Assembly (NCBI GenBank): GCA_016186435.1
Contig: JACPLQ010000020.1
Location: 1 to 49,352, forward strand
Source of the DNA: Candidatus Nomurabacteria bacterium
GTDB taxonomy: Bacteria; Patescibacteriota; Minisyncoccia; Phycocordibacterales; UBA9973
Direction: 5' to 3'
Length of the DNA stretch: 49,352 nucleotides
Within the stretch, counting starts at the first letter, position 1, and each line of letters starts with the position of its first letter. The notes under the pieces are model-generated. The model was not told where the DNA came from. It worked only from the letters and a program-made list of their open reading frames with translations, and searched no databases. Below are positions 48,160 to 49,352 of the stretch, in pieces. The position numbers were made by a program, and so were the translations under genes.

Positions 48160-49352
48160 CAGGCAAATTTGTAGGCGGTGAAGCTTCTTTGGACTCTATA
48201 CGCTCCAATGTAGGAACTTTCAATATCTGGCCCGGGAAATGCCAAAGTGTTGCCAGCTCTTCCACGTTGAGCACAAACGTAGGCGGATGCTTATAAGCCA
48301 TGAAAATACGAGACACCGGCCAGTGCATATACGTCTGATGTTCGTCAAAAATTTTGTGCCGGAGCGGAAGATGGAAAAAGTTTCTTTCCCTGTACTCATG
48401 AAGCATTCTTTCCGCCAAAATCATAACTTGCTTTTGCGAGATCATGAATATTCCTCCATACGCGTCTGCTTGTGTATTGTTTGTACGCTCTAATTCATTA
48501 CTGTCAGGTTTTGCATATTGGCGCCAGATAAGACGAATATTTCTCCTGCTATTCATACTAAAGACTTCCTTTTTCGCAACATACATAACGCGAATTCCGG
48601 TATCAAAACCAACCTTGCTAGTTTTAGCTGCCATGCCAATTAAGATGTTCCTTAAGAAATCAGGGGAGCGGATTTCTTTTGTAAATGTTCCGGGATGAAT
48701 TTTACTCTCATTATATTTAGTATAAGGCTCCAGATACTTATCCATCTGAAATCGGGCTTCGGCAACCCAGTTGCGTCTGCCAAACCAACTTCCGGCAATC
48801 TTGTATTCTTTCTTTGAGGGAGTAACCACTATTTGCATCCAAGCTTGTTCTCCTTTTTGCAGTGAACCGAAAAATTCCACTATAGGCGAAATAGGATCAA
48901 CTTTGTATTCTTCTTTCGGATCTTTATCCAAGCCAAAATCAACATACGTTTTTATGGGAAATACCTCGTGCTTTGCAAGCTTTAGTTCACAGCCCCATCC
49001 CATCCAGGCGCTTTCCGGAGTGATCTTATCCACAGCCAAAGTATAATCCTCCACCGCTTTTACCTGCGCCTGCGGATATTGAGCGTACATTTGTGTTTCA
49101 ACCAGTCCGCGCAAGCGCGTCGGCGTGCGTATGTAAAAATGCACCATTCCATCAATTGAAGCAATCTCAAGAGAAAACCAAAACCACACAGCTCCCTGCC
49201 AAAACTCTTCTCTGCCCCCTTTCAAACTCCAGTGATAAAGGGCATTGGTAAAAAAGAGCTCCATGGCTTTTGGGCTGCGCAAGACTTCGCGCGGAGGAAC
49301 TATTTCAAGCAGCACGAAATCTATTCCGGAAATAAAATCCTGCTGGATATAG
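48155..49352 (-). CDS. hypothetical protein; frame remains open to the window end (5' partial possible)
   Basis: Track ORF starts at a GTG at 49315, but the frame has no stop up to 49352. Ends ...LATLWHFPGQILKVPTLERIESKEASPPTNLPV. No family recognised with certainty. Confidence 0.6.
   Translation of the reverse strand, partial: YIQQDFISGIDFVLLEIVPPREVLRSPKAMELFFTNALYHWSLKGGREEFWQGAVWFWFSLEIASIDGMVHFYIRTPTRLRGLVETQMYAQYPQAQVKAVEDYTLAVDKITPESAWMGWGCELKLAKHEVFPIKTYVDFGLDKDPKEEYKVDPISPIVEFFGSLQKGEQAWMQIVVTPSKKEYKIAGSWFGRRNWVAEARFQMDKYLEPYTKYNESKIHPGTFTKEIRSPDFLRNILIGMAAKTSKVGFDTGIRVMYVAKKEVFSMNSRRNIRLIWRQYAKPDSNELERTNNTQADAYGGIFMISQKQVMILAERMLHEYRERNFFHLPLRHKIFDEHQTYMHWPVSRIFMAYKHPPTFVLNVEELATLWHFPGQILKVPTLERIESKEASPPTNLPV

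Noticed and set aside
1-49352. CRISPR arrays, rRNA genes, integrases or transposases, prophage genes.
   Set aside because: No regularly spaced direct repeats, no rRNA-like conserved stretches, and no recombinase or phage-structural signatures were seen in any of the ORFs.

Overview
AT-rich bacterial chromosomal window. Gene content and style suggest a reduced-genome Patescibacteria/CPR-like organism, but that is inference only. TAA, TAG and TGA all act as stops.

About 55 protein genes are present, mostly housekeeping:
- Cell wall and chromosome: murG-ftsW-mraY, scpA/scpB.
- Metabolism: pepN, a compact riboflavin cluster (riboflavin-kinase domain, ribE, ribH, ribBA), speB.
- Information processing: aspS, trpS, dnaB, recR, rplU, cysS, alaS, mnmA.
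- A ribosomal block: infA-rpmJ-rpsM-rpsK-rpsD-rpoA-rplQ-rplM-rpsI.
- Others: mgtC, mltG.

No rRNA, tRNA, CRISPR array or transposase was recognised.

Main observations:
1. **Leader stem-loop family.** Seven leader elements (four of 72-73 nt) have two arms, CCCGTACTAAATTTTT and AAAATTTTAGTACTGGG. The arms can pair, and the 3' arm ends exactly at the ATG. Two copies carry compensatory double substitutions.
2. **Leaderless-style starts.** TGnTAnnnT extended -10 boxes lie 6-8 nt upstream of many start codons, and no Shine-Dalgarno sequence is visible anywhere.
3. **ArsR-linked palindrome.** The palindrome CATTTTGCAAAATG sits inside a 22-29 nt identical block. It flanks an ArsR-family gene as 29-bp inverted repeats, overlaps the start codon of a large cysteine-rich protein gene, and also occurs inside alaS.
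4. **Interrupted chaperone locus.** The grpE..dnaK..dnaJ locus is broken up by accessory units:
   - two VirD4/TraG-like ATPases, each with its own promoter;
   - a PaaX-like regulator;
   - a Fic gene preceded by an untracked 50-aa ORF carrying the SxxxEG Fic-inhibitory motif;
   - a second cysteine-rich paralog with an in-frame TAG, plus a deletion remnant, bracketed by 45-bp perfect direct repeats.
5. **In-frame GC-rich palindromes.** Perfect GC-rich palindromes sit in frame inside recR, pepN, mnmA and infA, with related copies in intergenic DNA.
6. **Candidate regulatory RNAs.** Two structured, terminator-ended non-coding regions lie at about 12.34-12.54 kb and 18.29-18.50 kb.
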